In this document: positions 46,078 to 59,702 of the stretch, piece after piece
Numbering within the stretch: position 1 is the stretch's first letter
Layout of the letters: every line of letters begins with the position of its first letter
Source: Azolla caroliniana
Lineage: Eukaryota; Plantae; Polypodiophyta
DNA length: 64,000 bases
Assembly (NCBI GenBank): GCA_043228905.1
Contig: JBHGNT010000016.1
Location: 14,632,001 to 14,696,000, forward strand
Reading direction: 5' to 3'
Notes under the pieces: model-generated
Seen by the model: only the letters and a program-made list of their open reading frames with translations
Databases searched by the model: none
What the model was told of the DNA's origin: nothing
Program-made: the position numbers and the translations under genes

Positions 46078-48408
46078 TGGTGGATATGGTGTTCATTATG
46101 TATGTCGAAGTATGTGAGGACCTGTAGATTATGTGCACAGAAAACAATATAGGGAGTATGGTAGAGGAAAAATGATGGAAACGTAGACACAGTTCAAGCT
46201 CTAATGGAAGCTCTCGTTATTCTGTAACTCTTACACTCACAAAGACTCGAGATACCATAAGTTATCATTATAGTGTTAGGTTAGAGCTTATATACTATGC
46301 CCTAACTATTTGGGCGTGTTCACACTAAGATACAAAGTGGAAGGAGTCAGCCTTTTATGCCAACAAACTCCCCCGTAAAAGGACTACTCTTTCCTACGTA
46401 TACAAGTGATTTGGGGTTATCTCCCCCATAAAACTAGACTATAAAATTAATCTAAATTTATGTTACATGTCAATTAGCATATAGCCACGCCGGCAAAGGT
46501 AAAGTTGATGTCCAATGTGGTTCAGCTAGTCTCAAGATTCGGCTGATTTGAGTCGGTCAAATTGTCTTTCAATCGAATCAGTCCAATTGTCGAAGTTGGC
46601 TTGTATCCGATTCTCAATTTCAGCCTTGTGTCGATTGTTTGTTGTCAGCTCGTCCTTGCTCTTGTGCTCCTCGTTGGATCCTTGATTTGTATCCAAGTTC
46701 GTTCACCGCTCAATCGTTCCTTTCTAATCAGTATCCTCGCTCAGTATTGTTTCTTCAGTCCCTTGTGTTTCCGCAATTGTGGGCTTCACTTCTCTAGCGA
46801 GTCTGTTCGGGTCGGTTTTTTACTTTTGCTCCTTGTTTGGCTACCTTCTACTCGGTCGCTTGTTGTAGTCCCATCTTTGTCCTTAGTGCTCCGAAGCGTT
46901 GATCTGGGAGTGGCTTTGTCAGGCAATCGGCGATGTTCACCTCGGTGTTGATCTTCCAAACGTCGAGCTTCTTCTCTGTTTTGAGCTCCCGGATATGATG
47001 AAATCATACCCCAATATGTTTCTTCTTCGCGTGATAGACTAGGTTCCGAATGAGGTGTATTGCACTTTGTGAGTCGCAATAGATGGTCAGCGCTTGATGG
47101 TCGATTCGACTTGTAACTAAGAAGTTAGCTAACAATTGGTGCAGCCAGATTACTTCCTTTGCTGCTTCTGATGTTGCTATGTACTTGGCCTCTGTGGTAA
47201 ATAGGGCCATGCACTCCTAAAGCTTCGACCTCGATGATATGGCACCGCCGCCATACGTAAAAACATAACCTGATGTCGACTTCTTATTGTCTGTATTTCC
47301 GGCATAGTCAGAGTTAGTATAACCTTCGACTTTGGTCGGGTTTGCCGATCCGAAAGTCGGTTGTGCATCTCCAGTCCCTCTTAGGTACCTAAAGATGTGC
47401 TTGACGGCCTCCCAATGCTTCCGTCCTAGGTTTGACATGTACCGGCTGACGACCCCTTTGCCATATGCTAGGTTGGGTCGGGTCGCCACCATCGTATACA
47501 TGATATTCCTATGGCGGATGCATAGGGTTATCTTTCCATTGAGCTCTCTCTCTTCATCAATCAAAGGAGAGTCTTTGTCCGATAGTCGAATTGACATCGG
47601 AAGCAGTGTTGGTGCTGGCTTCACATTCTCCTTGTTGAAGCGCTTCAACACTTTGCAGATGTAGTCGGACTGGGAGAGTCAGAAAGTCTTTGTTGTCCGA
47701 TTTCGCTCTATCCTCATACCCAATATGTTTCGGGCTTGTCTGAGTTCCTTCATCACAAACTTGTCGTGAAGGCTTCGTTTTAGCTTTCCGATTTCGGCTT
47801 GATAAATCTGAGACTCGTCGACATATAAGATCAGATAGATCCAGACTCATCGGCCAATTGTAGAGTGTATAAACATGGGTCAGAGTCGGACCAACAATAA
47901 CCAAGCTGCCTGATGTAGGAGTCGAACTTCTAGTACCACATCCTCGGCTCTTGTTTTAAGCCATAGAGGCTTTTCTTCAATTGGTATACGAGGTTACCTT
48001 CCTGCCCTGTCGTCCTGAATCTTGCCGATTGAGACATGTAGATGTCTTCTTCTAGTTGTTCGTGTAGGAATGTAGTCTTGACGTCCATCTACTCAAGCTT
48101 TAGGTATTATGTCACCACGATTCCAAGTAAGAGCCGGAGGGTGTTCATCTTGATTACTGGCGATTATATATCATCGTAGTCGACCCTATGTTCTTGTTTG
48201 AACCCTTTGGCAACGAGCCGAACTTTGTATTTGGGTTTTCTGAGTCAGATACATATTTGTATCTAAAAACCCATTTGCAAAGCAGCAGCTTCCTTCCTAC
48301 TGGTAGTTCGACCAACTTCCATGTAATGTTCTGATGAATCGAGTCCATCTCGGATCTCGTGGCTTGCAGACATGTATCGGCGTTCGGTGCAGCTATGCCT
48401 TCTTCGTA
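46078..48408 (-). mobile_element. Element K: 3' part of an A-family Copia (RT/RNaseH, 3' UTR, 3' LTR 46078-46365)
   Basis: IYCDSQSAIHL and GYTNSDYAG motifs; 3' UTR and LTR start (TGTTGGCATAAAAGG) homologous to 24292-24760. Confidence 0.85.
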
Positions 48409-49185
48409 TGTGCGACCTAGAGATCTTCATCTGAACAGATGGCTATGGAGTAGTTACACAGAATCTCTTACTCTCTTACTCTCTAGTTATAGAGGCAACG
48501 ACCTCGTCAGTAACTATATCTATACAACTATTCTAATGATTCACCTTCTTCTCTACTATAAACTTTGCCCTAGTTATATTTATGCTTATACAACTTTCTG
48601 GCTATTTATAGATATAATCCACATGGGGAACATTTAGACTATTTACAAATATAGTCTCCCGAATCAGTTATATAATCGATTTTCAATTTCTGCCTCAACT
48701 GAATTTCCCATTGGTTCCATCTGATTCGGCTCGTACTCTTCTTCCCATCCGAAGAGACCTGTTTTCCCAACACGCACCCAAGAAATAGGAAGCATTCAGG
48801 TTGATATAAATACAGAGTGATCGGAAGAGTAAAGGGGGAGATAATATTATTAGGCAAGAAGTGTAAAGAGAGAGGGAGAGTGAGTGATATACCAACAATC
48901 GATCAGTACTTGTATCTGTATGTATTTATAATCAAATATTCTTTCGTGTGGGGTAATCCTATGTGCTTAACGTGTAATCTAAGTATATGGTTTGTGTGTA
49001 ATCGCGAGCCTGAAATCAGGTGTAGCCAATTGGGCAAGAGATCTGTTACTACGTTCCCTAAGAAGTTCTAAAGAGTTGCCTGCATCTCAGACAAACTCGG
49101 AGATTCACCGAGAATGTTATCTAGGAATCCCTTGGGGCAGAGTTATCTCCCCTAACTCTCGTATCCAACTAAGTGTATAGCCGAC

Positions 49186-49720
49186 AGGACGACCGGAGGT
49201 CCCTTCCTTCCTACCACAATCACCTTGGTCCGATTACTCGGAAGTGGTAACCAAGAGTGTGTTCCTCTAGAAAAGGGGCAACAGAGTATTAGCCTTACCC
49301 TTGCTGAAGACATCTTCGAATTCCAGGTACTTTGAATTCCCAACAAAAACCTTTGTAGAGAGATGGTCGATATTTGGTGAGATTTTGAATCTTGGTTGGT
49401 AGCAACAAGAAAGTTGGGTGCAAGTTCTTGTTAGGAATCATTGGTGGCTTGTTTTCTCCTTGATCAATTTCAGAATTATGAAGTTCAAACGAAGCACAAC
49501 CAATGACAACTTGAATTGACTCAGTTTTTCTTAAACTTATATCTCCAAATGCAATAGGGCGACCGTCAATGATCACAACAGTTGTGAGACAAGGGAGGTT
49601 GCTTAATAGGAGTTTCTAGATTAAGGAAAATTCTCAATCCATAAAACAAGAGTTGGCTCCTGAATCTAGGAGGGCAAAGGCAAGAACTCGATGTTAAGCA
49701 AGCTAGTTGTATGGGGGTAC
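49186..49720 (-). pseudogene. Chromovirus protease-region remnant, adjacent to LTR-like sequence at 48409-49185
   Basis: Minus strand reads ALLDSGANSCFMD and IDGRPIAFGDI, similar to the element H protease region. Confidence 0.6.
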
Positions 49721-50697
49721 ATGTAAACAACACAATGTGAAGACAATTTGAATGTTATATTTAGTGTTTGTTAACTTTGCTTCATAATTCCTTAATAATT
49801 AGTATTACTTGTAGCATTATCATTGTCTACTCATCACTTATTTTGTTGATACACAATCTCTTTAACTTTGGTATTTCTTATCTCTCTCACAAACATATTC
49901 ACATAAGCTAAATCACTTACCTCCAAAAACACCATGAACATGACATTGAGCCACAAGTGGGCCCAATAGTTCCACTTCTTGACCCTATCTTCCTCATTTT
50001 CCTATGTACAAATGATCCTTCACTAAATTGTCACAACCTTATTTACAATACAAATTCTTCAACTACATCTATGACACTTAAAAACATCCCACATATACAA
50101 TTGTTGCAAAATATTCTTCATTGTTTTGAATGGCATGCCCAAGATTTTATTAGTTCTAGGTTCATGGGTATATTGTGTCATATAACAATATCATTACAAA
50201 TCTAGTGACACATATTGAGTGGTATTCCCTTTCAAATTTGAAGGCGTTGCAAATGTTTCTTTGATTTAAAAGATATATCATAAATTTAGTTTGGTAAATG
50301 CTATGATAATAATTCCTCCACTAACCAATTATCTCAAAATTTGAAAGAGTTGCAAATGTTTCTTTGGCTTGCAGATATGTATGAGTACAACTTTATTTAG
50401 GTACATGATATAATAACATTTCCCATGACAGGAGTCTTGTTTATTCCATTATTTGGAACAATCTCAACAACCAAGGGTTGAGATGCTTAGTAAGACTCCG
50501 ATCTACATGGTTCTTGAGTTACTTGGTGCATATCCCAATAAGCCATTTACTGTGGACATGGATTTTAGTACACACGCAATTCAATCCGCAAGCACTTTCG
50601 AGCAAAAATTAACAATTGGTTCTCGAATGGAGTTACAATGGTCCAACTCTTGTACACAATTGTAAACAATAAGAAAGAAGAGAGACAATAGAGAATT

Positions 50698-51345
50698 TAA
50701 ACTATTGTACTTCCATTGATAGCACACTACCTGAAGGAGAGTGGACGATTGGTTATGCATTTATACTCTTCATTTAAAAATCAACAGCTAATTCACTGGC
50801 AATAACAAGATTTACTCATACATGTAAGGTTTTTTCCATTCATATGTGAGTGAGAAAGATAGACATACACACACACACACATGCACATTTTGTTATAGTT
50901 TCGTAGGTTAAGTCCACCTAATAACTACTTTCAAGCAAAGCTTAAATATTCTCGAAATATGAGGATTGTTCGATGCGATTTCTTGCAACAAAACAATATT
51001 ATTACAAGGGAAGTCTTAAAGATGTATGATGGTCATATCAAGATAAGTAAGTTTTAGGTACAACTAAAAAGATAATGCACCAAACACACCAAAATCATCT
51101 AATAAGATGGATTAAAACAAATCATGTTAAATTCCATTCGAGCATTACCTTAGGTAAAACCAGAGTAACTATATAATGAGAAGGCAAAAAGAGATTCAGT
51201 AGATAGATGCATATAGCAGCATCTAATCCGTGGAAGAAATCATAGGCACTTCAGTCGAAACACAAAGCCATTCATTCCGGTTAACAGATTGTGACGGAAG
51301 GCACTAATTGCATCAAAACAGAGAGAACAGAGAGGAGAGAGGGAG
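50698..51345 (-). pseudogene. CDS-less remnant of a GH81 paralog locus
   Basis: 50698-50975 matches 38073-38440 (3' flank); 51112-51345 matches 41040-41325 (5' intron). Confidence 0.7.
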
Positions 51346-51412
51346 TGTGAAGGGAAGGATTTAGAAACATTTCCTGAATGAAGAACAGACATTCCATTCG
51401 ATTTATTATGAT

Positions 51413-52014
51413 TGTGGAGAGACTGTAGACTCGCCGCCCCACTCCAAATTCTTTAAAACTAATTAAAAGCGTATAACTACTGATATATCAATATTGTTTT
51501 TATAAAATCTTCAAATTCTTTAATTTTAGGCACCCAATCCGAGTCCTTCATTCCATTCCATTTCCTTGTCCGATTCGAATCCTTCATTCCATTCGAACCT
51601 TTCTTTACTTTCGGTAACCTGTCGAGGGGGAATGAAGGGTAATTAAAAAAAACAAATAGGTACTCTGGATTTTGGGGGGTGGGGGGGGGCACGGAGAGAA
51701 ATTTAAGCAAAGTTAGTTAAGTTTTTATAATGGCACTAAAGATGATTAGTAAAACTAGATAAATGCTATCTACACATGTCCCTCATGATGGGGGGAGGAA
51801 GGCTGAAAAGCCGTAAATCGGCCTAAAGGCCGATTAAGGGTCGGTTGGTCGGATTCAGCCGAGAGGCTGATTAAGCGTCGGCTGGTCGGATTCGACCGAA
51901 AGGGCGAATGAGGGCCGACTGGTCGGAATCGGCCAAGGGGCCGAATGAGAGTCTGCTGAGAGTTCAAATATATATATATATATATATATATATAAGTTAG
52001 GGTGATGAATAATA

Positions 52015-52068
<54 letters not shown>

Positions 52069-53782
52069 TACCATAGAGACAAGAGCAGAGAGAGCGTGAG
52101 TGAGGTAGAAAAGAGAAAAAGAGACCTGAAATAACATGAGTTGCGCGAGAGACAACATGCTTAGACACTGTGAAGAAGTGTTGAGTTAGTTCGTGCGAAC
52201 AAGACAAAGAGAAGACGGGAAGACAACAAGTGTAGGCACAATCTTGTGGAACTTGCCCAAACCCTAGAAGTGGTTTCAAACATCAATCTATTGCATCTAC
52301 CCCTGAACAAGAAGTTGAAAGCTCTGTAATCTGTTTTGTTTTATACTCTTCATTCATAGTGAAATTTTTTCGGGTAGAGTGCTCGTGGTTTTTTTCGTGA
52401 TCTGGGATTTTCCACATAACTCGTGTGTAGTTTGATTTGTGTTTATGTCTTAGAATAATCTACTGTTTATCTCTTATTGTAAATCCATCAAACTGATATC
52501 AAAGCATTAGGTCCTAGATGGAAGGAAGTGTGAGTGGTTTTCCAGGAATGATAGTCCTAAACTCCCACAACTATGCTGACTGGAAGATCAAGATGGAGGA
52601 TCTTCTTATAGTTAGAGACGTAACTGAGCCGATAGATAAGAAGGATATACCAACGGGGGTATCAGAGTCTGAGTGGAAAACCCTAAATAGAAAGGTTGTG
52701 GCTACCATCAGACAATGTGTAGACATGAGCATCCTTCAACATGTAGCAAATGATACAAATGTCCATGACTTGTGGCATAATCTCTATGCCCTGTATGAAA
52801 GGAAAAATGCTCTAAACTAAGCTTCCCTTATAAGAAAAATAGTGAGGCAAATGGACATAGATGGTGATAGGATTGTGGTGCACATTAGTACTTTCATGGG
52901 ACTAGTAAATCAGCTAGCATCAACGAAGTTCCCATTAGATGATGTTATGCAAGCCCTGTTACTACTACGTACTCTACCGGACAGTTGGGAGAACCTAGTA
53001 GTGTCACTTAGTGCTTCTTGTCAAGAAGAGAACCTACCTTTACAAGTAGTAAAGACAAACATTCTGAAAGAAGAGACAAGAAAAAAAGATAAAAGTGCCT
53101 TGTCTCAATTGAAAGCAAATGTAGCACAAAACCTTGGTAGAGGAAGAAGGAAACATAGAAGTCCTCGAAATAGAGACAAGTCTCATGCTAGGTCAAAGTC
53201 CAGAGGAAGACTCACGTGTTTCTAGTGTGGAAAACCTTGTCATTTCCAAAAGAATTGTCAACACCGTAAGAAGGACAAAGTGATTATTGATGATGTTGAA
53301 CCCAAAAAAATTTCTGGTGAGAAAAATACTTCAGCCATTGCAATCAATGTTGAGTACTCTTGCAAATGTTGAGTACTCTTGGGTAGTTGATTCTGGTGCA
53401 TCATTTCACCTAACTCCCAAAAGAGAATCAACTAACTCCCAAAAGAGAAGAGTTGTTATTCATTTGTGAACAAGCTAGTATGAATCTTGCAAATGTTGAG
53501 TACTCTTGGGTAGTTGATTCTAGTGCATCATTTCACCTAACTCCCAAAAGAGAATGCTTCAGAATCTCATCTTACATAGCCGATGACTATGGCTATGTAA
53601 AGATGGGAAATTACGGTGAATCCAAGTTTGTGGGTTTAGGAAATGTGTGTTTGTTAACGTCTACTGGCTGTAGGTTACTATTAAAGGATGTATGCCACGT
53701 TTCGGATGTCAGATTGAATCCGATATTGGCTAAACAGCTAGATGATGAATGCTACATTGGAAGCTTTCGTAAAATAAAATAG
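51413..53782 (+). mobile_element. Element L: 5' part of a Tnt1/Tork-like Copia (LTR ending ~52490, gag-protease)
   Basis: Degenerate PBS TGATATCAAAGC (~52494), gag NYADWKIKMEDLL, protease WVVDSGASFH. LTR start is approximate. Confidence 0.75.
51968..52062. repeat. (TA)n and (TG)n microsatellites
   Basis: Directly visible. (GA)n tracts also occur in the H and I LTRs (24953, 28915, 34338, 35310). Confidence 0.9.
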
Positions 53783-53786
53783 TGAT

Positions 53787-56700
53787 GACTCCTTCCACTT
53801 TGAATCCTTAGTGTGAACACATTCTATAGTTAGGGCTAGAGTATATAAGGTCAAGCCTAACATTGTAAAGAAATGTCTTGGAGTGAAAAGAGTTGCAGAG
53901 AAGAGAATAAGAGAAAACTTCCATTGAAGCTTAATCTGTGTCTATATTCTACCTTCCTTCTTCTTCTTGTTGCATGTCTGTGTTGTTTTCTATACATATC
54001 TTACCTTGCAAGTCCTTATCATATTCCTCATCTAACATATATCAACAAGTGGTATCAAAGCGACCTTGTTGTCTAGTGACGAAGAATAGCAAAAAAGTTA
54101 AGAAGAGAAGTCATCTAGGTGAGAGGAAAAGACAATATCAACAACATCTACTTCCAGTGAATGAATGGTGACACAGTCTGACACGAGTGTCAAAATCCAG
54201 AAGTTCGACAGGAAGAACTTCGCCCTCTGGAAGGAAATGATGCAGGATGTCCTCATCATCCGATGATAGATTGAAGCCATTCGGCATAACACCAAGTCAG
54301 CTTCATTGTCTGCAAAAGAATGGTGATCTATGGACGAAATAGTCAGATTAACCATTCGAATGCACCTAGCCAAAAATGTCTATTTCAACATGGCAAAGGA
54401 GACGATTGCATTCTCTTTGTGGGAGAAACTATAGGTGGTGTACGATTGCATCAAATGATAGATTGAAGCCATTCGGCATAACATCAAGCCAACTTCATTG
54501 TCTGCAAAAGAATGGCGATCTATGGACGAAATAGTCTAATTGACCATTCGAATGCACCTGGCTGAAAAATGTCTATTTCAGTAGGGCAAAGGAGACGATT
54601 GCATTCTCTTTGTGGGAGAAACTATAGGTGGTGTACGAGAAGAAATCCTCCTCATCAAAGTTGATACTAATTCAATTTTTTTAACGTGAAGATGAGAGAG
54701 ACGGATCCAGCAACCTCCCAAATCAACACCTTTAGTTGGATATTATCTGAACTCTACTCCTAAGGGATTAACTTCAAAGAAGAAGTTAAAGTGTGTGCCC
54801 TCCTTTCGAGCTTGCCGGCGAGTTGGGAGGTACGCTGCATGACTTTTGCGAGCTGCTGTTCGAATCTAAATCTAAATGAGATGATCGAACATGTCCTAAT
54901 CGAGGACATTTGGCAAAAATCGATGGGACGCACCATCGATGAGTCAACAAAAGCCCACCATTTTGTCGAATACGGGTCTCTAATGGATGTATTCACACCT
55001 GTCACTTTTGTACACACTAGGTTTAGGCTATTTATGTAAATAGTGAGAAGGGAAGTTGCCCTAAGTTAGTCAGTATATAAACTGACTTTGTAACCTAGTT
55101 TTGTAGTTGTTGAAAATATAGTTCATCTTGTGCCTAACATCCCTCTCTCTGGCGTTCTAGTTGCATATTATTCTATGTTTTCTGTTGCCATCAAACTACC
55201 TTGCTTTTATCGGACTATGATCTTCTCTTCAGAAGAGTGTTGATTTGTTTCGCACTAGATTGCACATTCACAACATCTAGTATCAGAGCTTGGTGCTCTC
55301 GATTCTGCTACCGCCGTTTATCTAGTTTCCATAAGCAACTCTTCTTCTATACACCGTGAAGATCTCGGTTGGAAACTCTCTACAAGATCGTTCTCGCAAA
55401 GAGAAACACCGGCAATATTTGCACTCCACTGCTCTAAATCACCATTGAACTAAGCCAATCGACTGCACTTCACTCCTGTGATTGTAGCCGCCCGGAGTGA
55501 GTTTTCGCTTCACAAGCTCTGCCTTAGTCGTACTACATTGGATTAGACAACAATCGAACAGATCACCTGATGCCAGTCACTCGCCTATCATAATCACTCA
55601 TAGTAGTCTGGGCCCTAGGAACAACCCCCTTCCGTGCTTCATTCAGCTAGACAACACTCAGAAAGATTAGTTGAATATGTTCCCCTCATTGTCGTAGTCA
55701 CCTGAAGCAGAATCGGCCTTGATAACTAGCACACAATCTGTGATCGATCATCTCGAAAATCGACTGTCAAAAACGAATCAGCAAACTCGGGTCCAACTCG
55801 ACTAGGCTAGTCAGCCGTAGTCACTCGGATCGATCTCAAAAATTCCGGTTCATCACAAGGCCTCCAAGCACATCGACGTTCGATATCACTTTCTTCAGGA
55901 CTGCATCATTTCAGGAAAAATCAGGCTCAAGAAGATACCTATAGCCGACAATGTCGCAAATGGGATGACCAAGTGTCTTTCGGAGGATCGATTTTGATCT
56001 CTTCGACACCTGATGGGCGTAACGAAGAATCAGCCCGATTAAGTCGGACACTCGAGATGTTTTCAAACAATCGACTTCAACAGTTCAAAGTTTGGTCAGT
56101 CTCTTCGACCTCAACTAGTCCAGTCTTTTGTTTCTCGAAGTTCGCCGACTCGAACAAAATTTCGATTTGTTAGAAAACCTTGTATTAATCTATATTGTAC
56201 ACTTATTTCAATACTAAAGACTTCGGATGTATATGCCCATTACGGGGGAGTGTCGAATACGGGTCTCTAATGGACGTATTCACACCTGTCACTTTTGTAC
56301 ACACTAGGTTTAGGCTATTTATGTAAATAGTGAGAAGGGCATTTGCCCTAAGTTAGTCAGTATATAAACTGACTTTGTAACCTCGTTTTGTAGTTGTTGA
56401 AAATATAGCTCATCTTGTGCCTAACGTCCCTCTCTCTGATGTTCTAGTTACATATTATTCTCTATTTTCTGTTGCCATCAAACTACCCAGCTTATATCAG
56501 TCTATGATCTTCTCTTCAGAAGAGTGTTGATTTGTTTTGCACTAGACGGCGCGTTCACAACACATTCAACCGAGTCGATCGAACTATCCAATCAATTGAG
56601 AGAACAAGTCGAAAGAACCGGTCAAAACACTAGTTGACCAAGAAAGAGGGGAGATTGACAACGGTCAAAGTCAAGGAATAGTCAACCAAGTGACTTCTAC

Positions 56701-59700
56701 ACCCACTGCAGAAAAGTTGGTCATAATGTTTCCGACTGTTAATCAATTAAAAGAAAGGAGAACCGTTCTCTAGTCGACAACCAAATCAATGTTGTTGACT
56801 CCTAATCAGGACAAATCCTCTCTCTAGAGGACTCGATGATTGGAGAAGTCCTCTGCAATGTGCAAGACGCACTAACGTGGCTACTGGACTCCGGTACCAC
56901 ATTTCACGAGACCCCAAATATCTAATGATTTTCGAACTATTCAGCCAGAATTGACGGCACTATCCAACTCGGCAATGGGCAAGAATGCAAAAATTGGCAA
57001 AATCCGCAAACTACCAAATTGTATTGCCGAATACAATTGTCCTGCACCATGTCCGGCATGTACCTGAGCTCAAAAGGAGTTTGGTCTCCATCAGCATGTT
57101 AGTAGAAGATGGGCACCGAACAACTCTCATCGAGTTTTCATGGATGATCAGCCGAGCAAACATGAAAGTCAGGAATGGATGCAAGCACAACAACTTGTAT
57201 CCATTAATGGCGATCAATCTAGAGGGCACATTGAATGTAGTCGAATCGACCGACTCAAACCTATGGCATGGACGGCTCGGCCATATGTCTCAAATCGGAT
57301 TAGACCGACTAATGGCGGTCGGCTACATCCCGAAGCTCCAGCCGAAGATGAACTTCTACGACCATTGTCGTTACAAGAAACAAACCCGAAGTCTGCACTC
57401 TTTCCATTACAAGACATTACGACAACCCCTAGAACTGGTCCACATATATATGTGGGCCGATGCCCAAAAGGTCACTAAGAGGTTCCCATTACTTCATTAC
57501 ATTCGTAGCTAACTGTACACAAAAGGTCTGGGCCTACTTAATTAGGTTGAAGGACAAAGCACTCGAGGTCTTCTCTCGGTGGTTAGCCGAAGCGGAGAAC
57601 CAATCACGACACCGAGCGAAGACACTCTGGCCTGACAATAGAGGTGAATACACCTCTCAGGCCTTCAATCAATACCTGTCCAACAAGGGATCCGGCACCA
57701 AAAGACCATTCTTTATACGCCCATGCAAAACGGCGTGGCAGAACGGATCAACTGAACGATCTAAGAGAGAGTGACGGCAATGCTCCAGTAATTCAGAGTG
57801 AAGCTGGAATTCTGGGTAGAAACATTGCATACGGTAGTATACCTAATCAATTTGTCATCGTCAAGAGCAATACGGCTCGAAGTGCTGCAGGCATTATGGT
57901 CAGGCAAACTGTCGAACTACGACAGGCTCCGTATATTCGGATGCGAAGCCAATGCATTCATCCCCAGGGATAAGAGGACCAAGTTGGCACCCCATGCACT
58001 TAAGTGTATATTTCTTGGTTATGGAAGTGATGGGGACTTTGGCTATCAGTTGTGGGACCCAAAGAACCGGAAATTGATCCGGAGTAGTGACGTAGTTTTC
58101 AATGAAGACTTAATTCCCTCTCAATGAAACCAACTAAAAATGTCTCCTTCGATATCGACAGAGATGCTAGTACAAATATGTATGTCATTCAGAGAAGCCC
58201 AAATACAAAGTTCAGCTCATCGTAAAGGGATTCAAACAAGAACATGGGGTCGCCTACAATGAGATATTCTCACTAGTAGTCAAGATGATCTCCTTTTATT
58301 TCCTACTTGGGGTCATGGCGATTGAAGACCTAGAGCTCAAGCAGTTGGACATTAAAGACGACATCCCTACATGGAGACTTGGTAGAAGACATCTATATGT
58401 CTCAACCGGCAAGCTTCACAACGATGGGGGAGGAAGGTCACCTCCTATGTCTATTAAAGAAAAGCATGTATGGCTTAAAACAATCGCCGAGCATGTGGTA
58501 TTAGAAATTTGATACCTACATTCGGCAACTCGACTACTGCCCGTCCGACTTCGACCCATGTATGTATATTCAACAATTGGCAAAAGAGTCTCGTATCTAT
58601 CTAATCCTATATGTCAACGACATGCTCATTGCAGGGACCAATCAAGTATAAATCGGAAAACTAAAGCGGAGCCTTCACGAAAAATTTGTGAATCATGAAG
58701 GAACTCATGCAAGCCCAACACATGTTGGGAATGAGGATCGAGGGAAATCGGATGACAAATACTCTCTGACTCTCCCAATCTGACTACATTCATAAGGTGT
58801 GGAAGCGCTTCAGCATGGAGAACCTGAAGCCAGCATCGACTCTGCTACCAACGTTGATCAGACTATCGAAGAGAGACTCTCCTTCGATAGATGAGGACAG
58901 AAGGCTCAATGGAAAGATACCCTACACATCGCCCGTAGGAAGTATCATGTACGCAATGGTGGCGACCTGGCCCGACCTTGCCTATGTCGTAGGGGTCGTT
59001 GGTCAATACATGTCAAACCCAGGATGGAAGCATTGGGTGGTTGTCAAGCACATCTTTAGGTATCTCAGAGGAACCAAGGATGCACGTCCTACTTTCCAAT
59101 CGGCCAATCTGACCAAAGTTGAAGGCTATATTGACTCCGACTATGCCGGAAATACGGATAATTGGAAGTCGATATCAGGCTATCTTTTCACATATGGTGG
59201 TCGAAGCTACAAGACTGCACAACCCTATCTACTACATAGGCTAAGTGCATAGCAACATCAGAGGCAACGAAGGAAGCCATCTATCTGCACCAACTGTCAA
59301 TTGACTTTTCGGCGACAAGACAAATTGACCATCCAACGTCAATCATTTATTGCAACTCTCAAAACTCTATACACCTCATTTAAAATCCAATCTATCATGT
59401 AAAGAAAAAACACATTGAGGTGCGGTTTCATCATATCCATGAGCTCGTAACAGAGAAAAAGCTCGAAGTCCAAACAATCAACACCGAGGTGAATATTGTC
59501 GATTGCCTGACAATGCAACTTCCAAATCAACATTTCAAAACACTGAAGACAATGATGGGGCTAGGACAAGAGCCCGAGCAAAAAGAAGCCAATGAACAAC
59601 AGCAAAAGGGAAGATGAAGGTCGACCCAGTCAGACAAACCAAGAAGGCAAAATCCAAATAGTCGAAATACCGGGAAGATGAAGATGCAATACTGAGCTAG

Positions 59701-59702
59701 GA
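53787..59702 (+). mobile_element. Element A paralog: 5' LTR (53787-54047), PBS, gag-pol remnants
   Basis: PBS TGGTATCAAAGC at 54050 and gag KFDRKNFALWKEMMQDVL. Retains the integrase core missing from copy 1 and lacks element B. Confidence 0.9.
54964..56562 (+). mobile_element. Element M paralog
   Basis: Same position as 697-2295 plus 54267; TSD CATTT/CATTC. Confidence 0.92.

Noticed and set aside
51770-52279. ORFs with HTHT/YIYI runs
   Set aside because: Translations of microsatellites inside an LTR.
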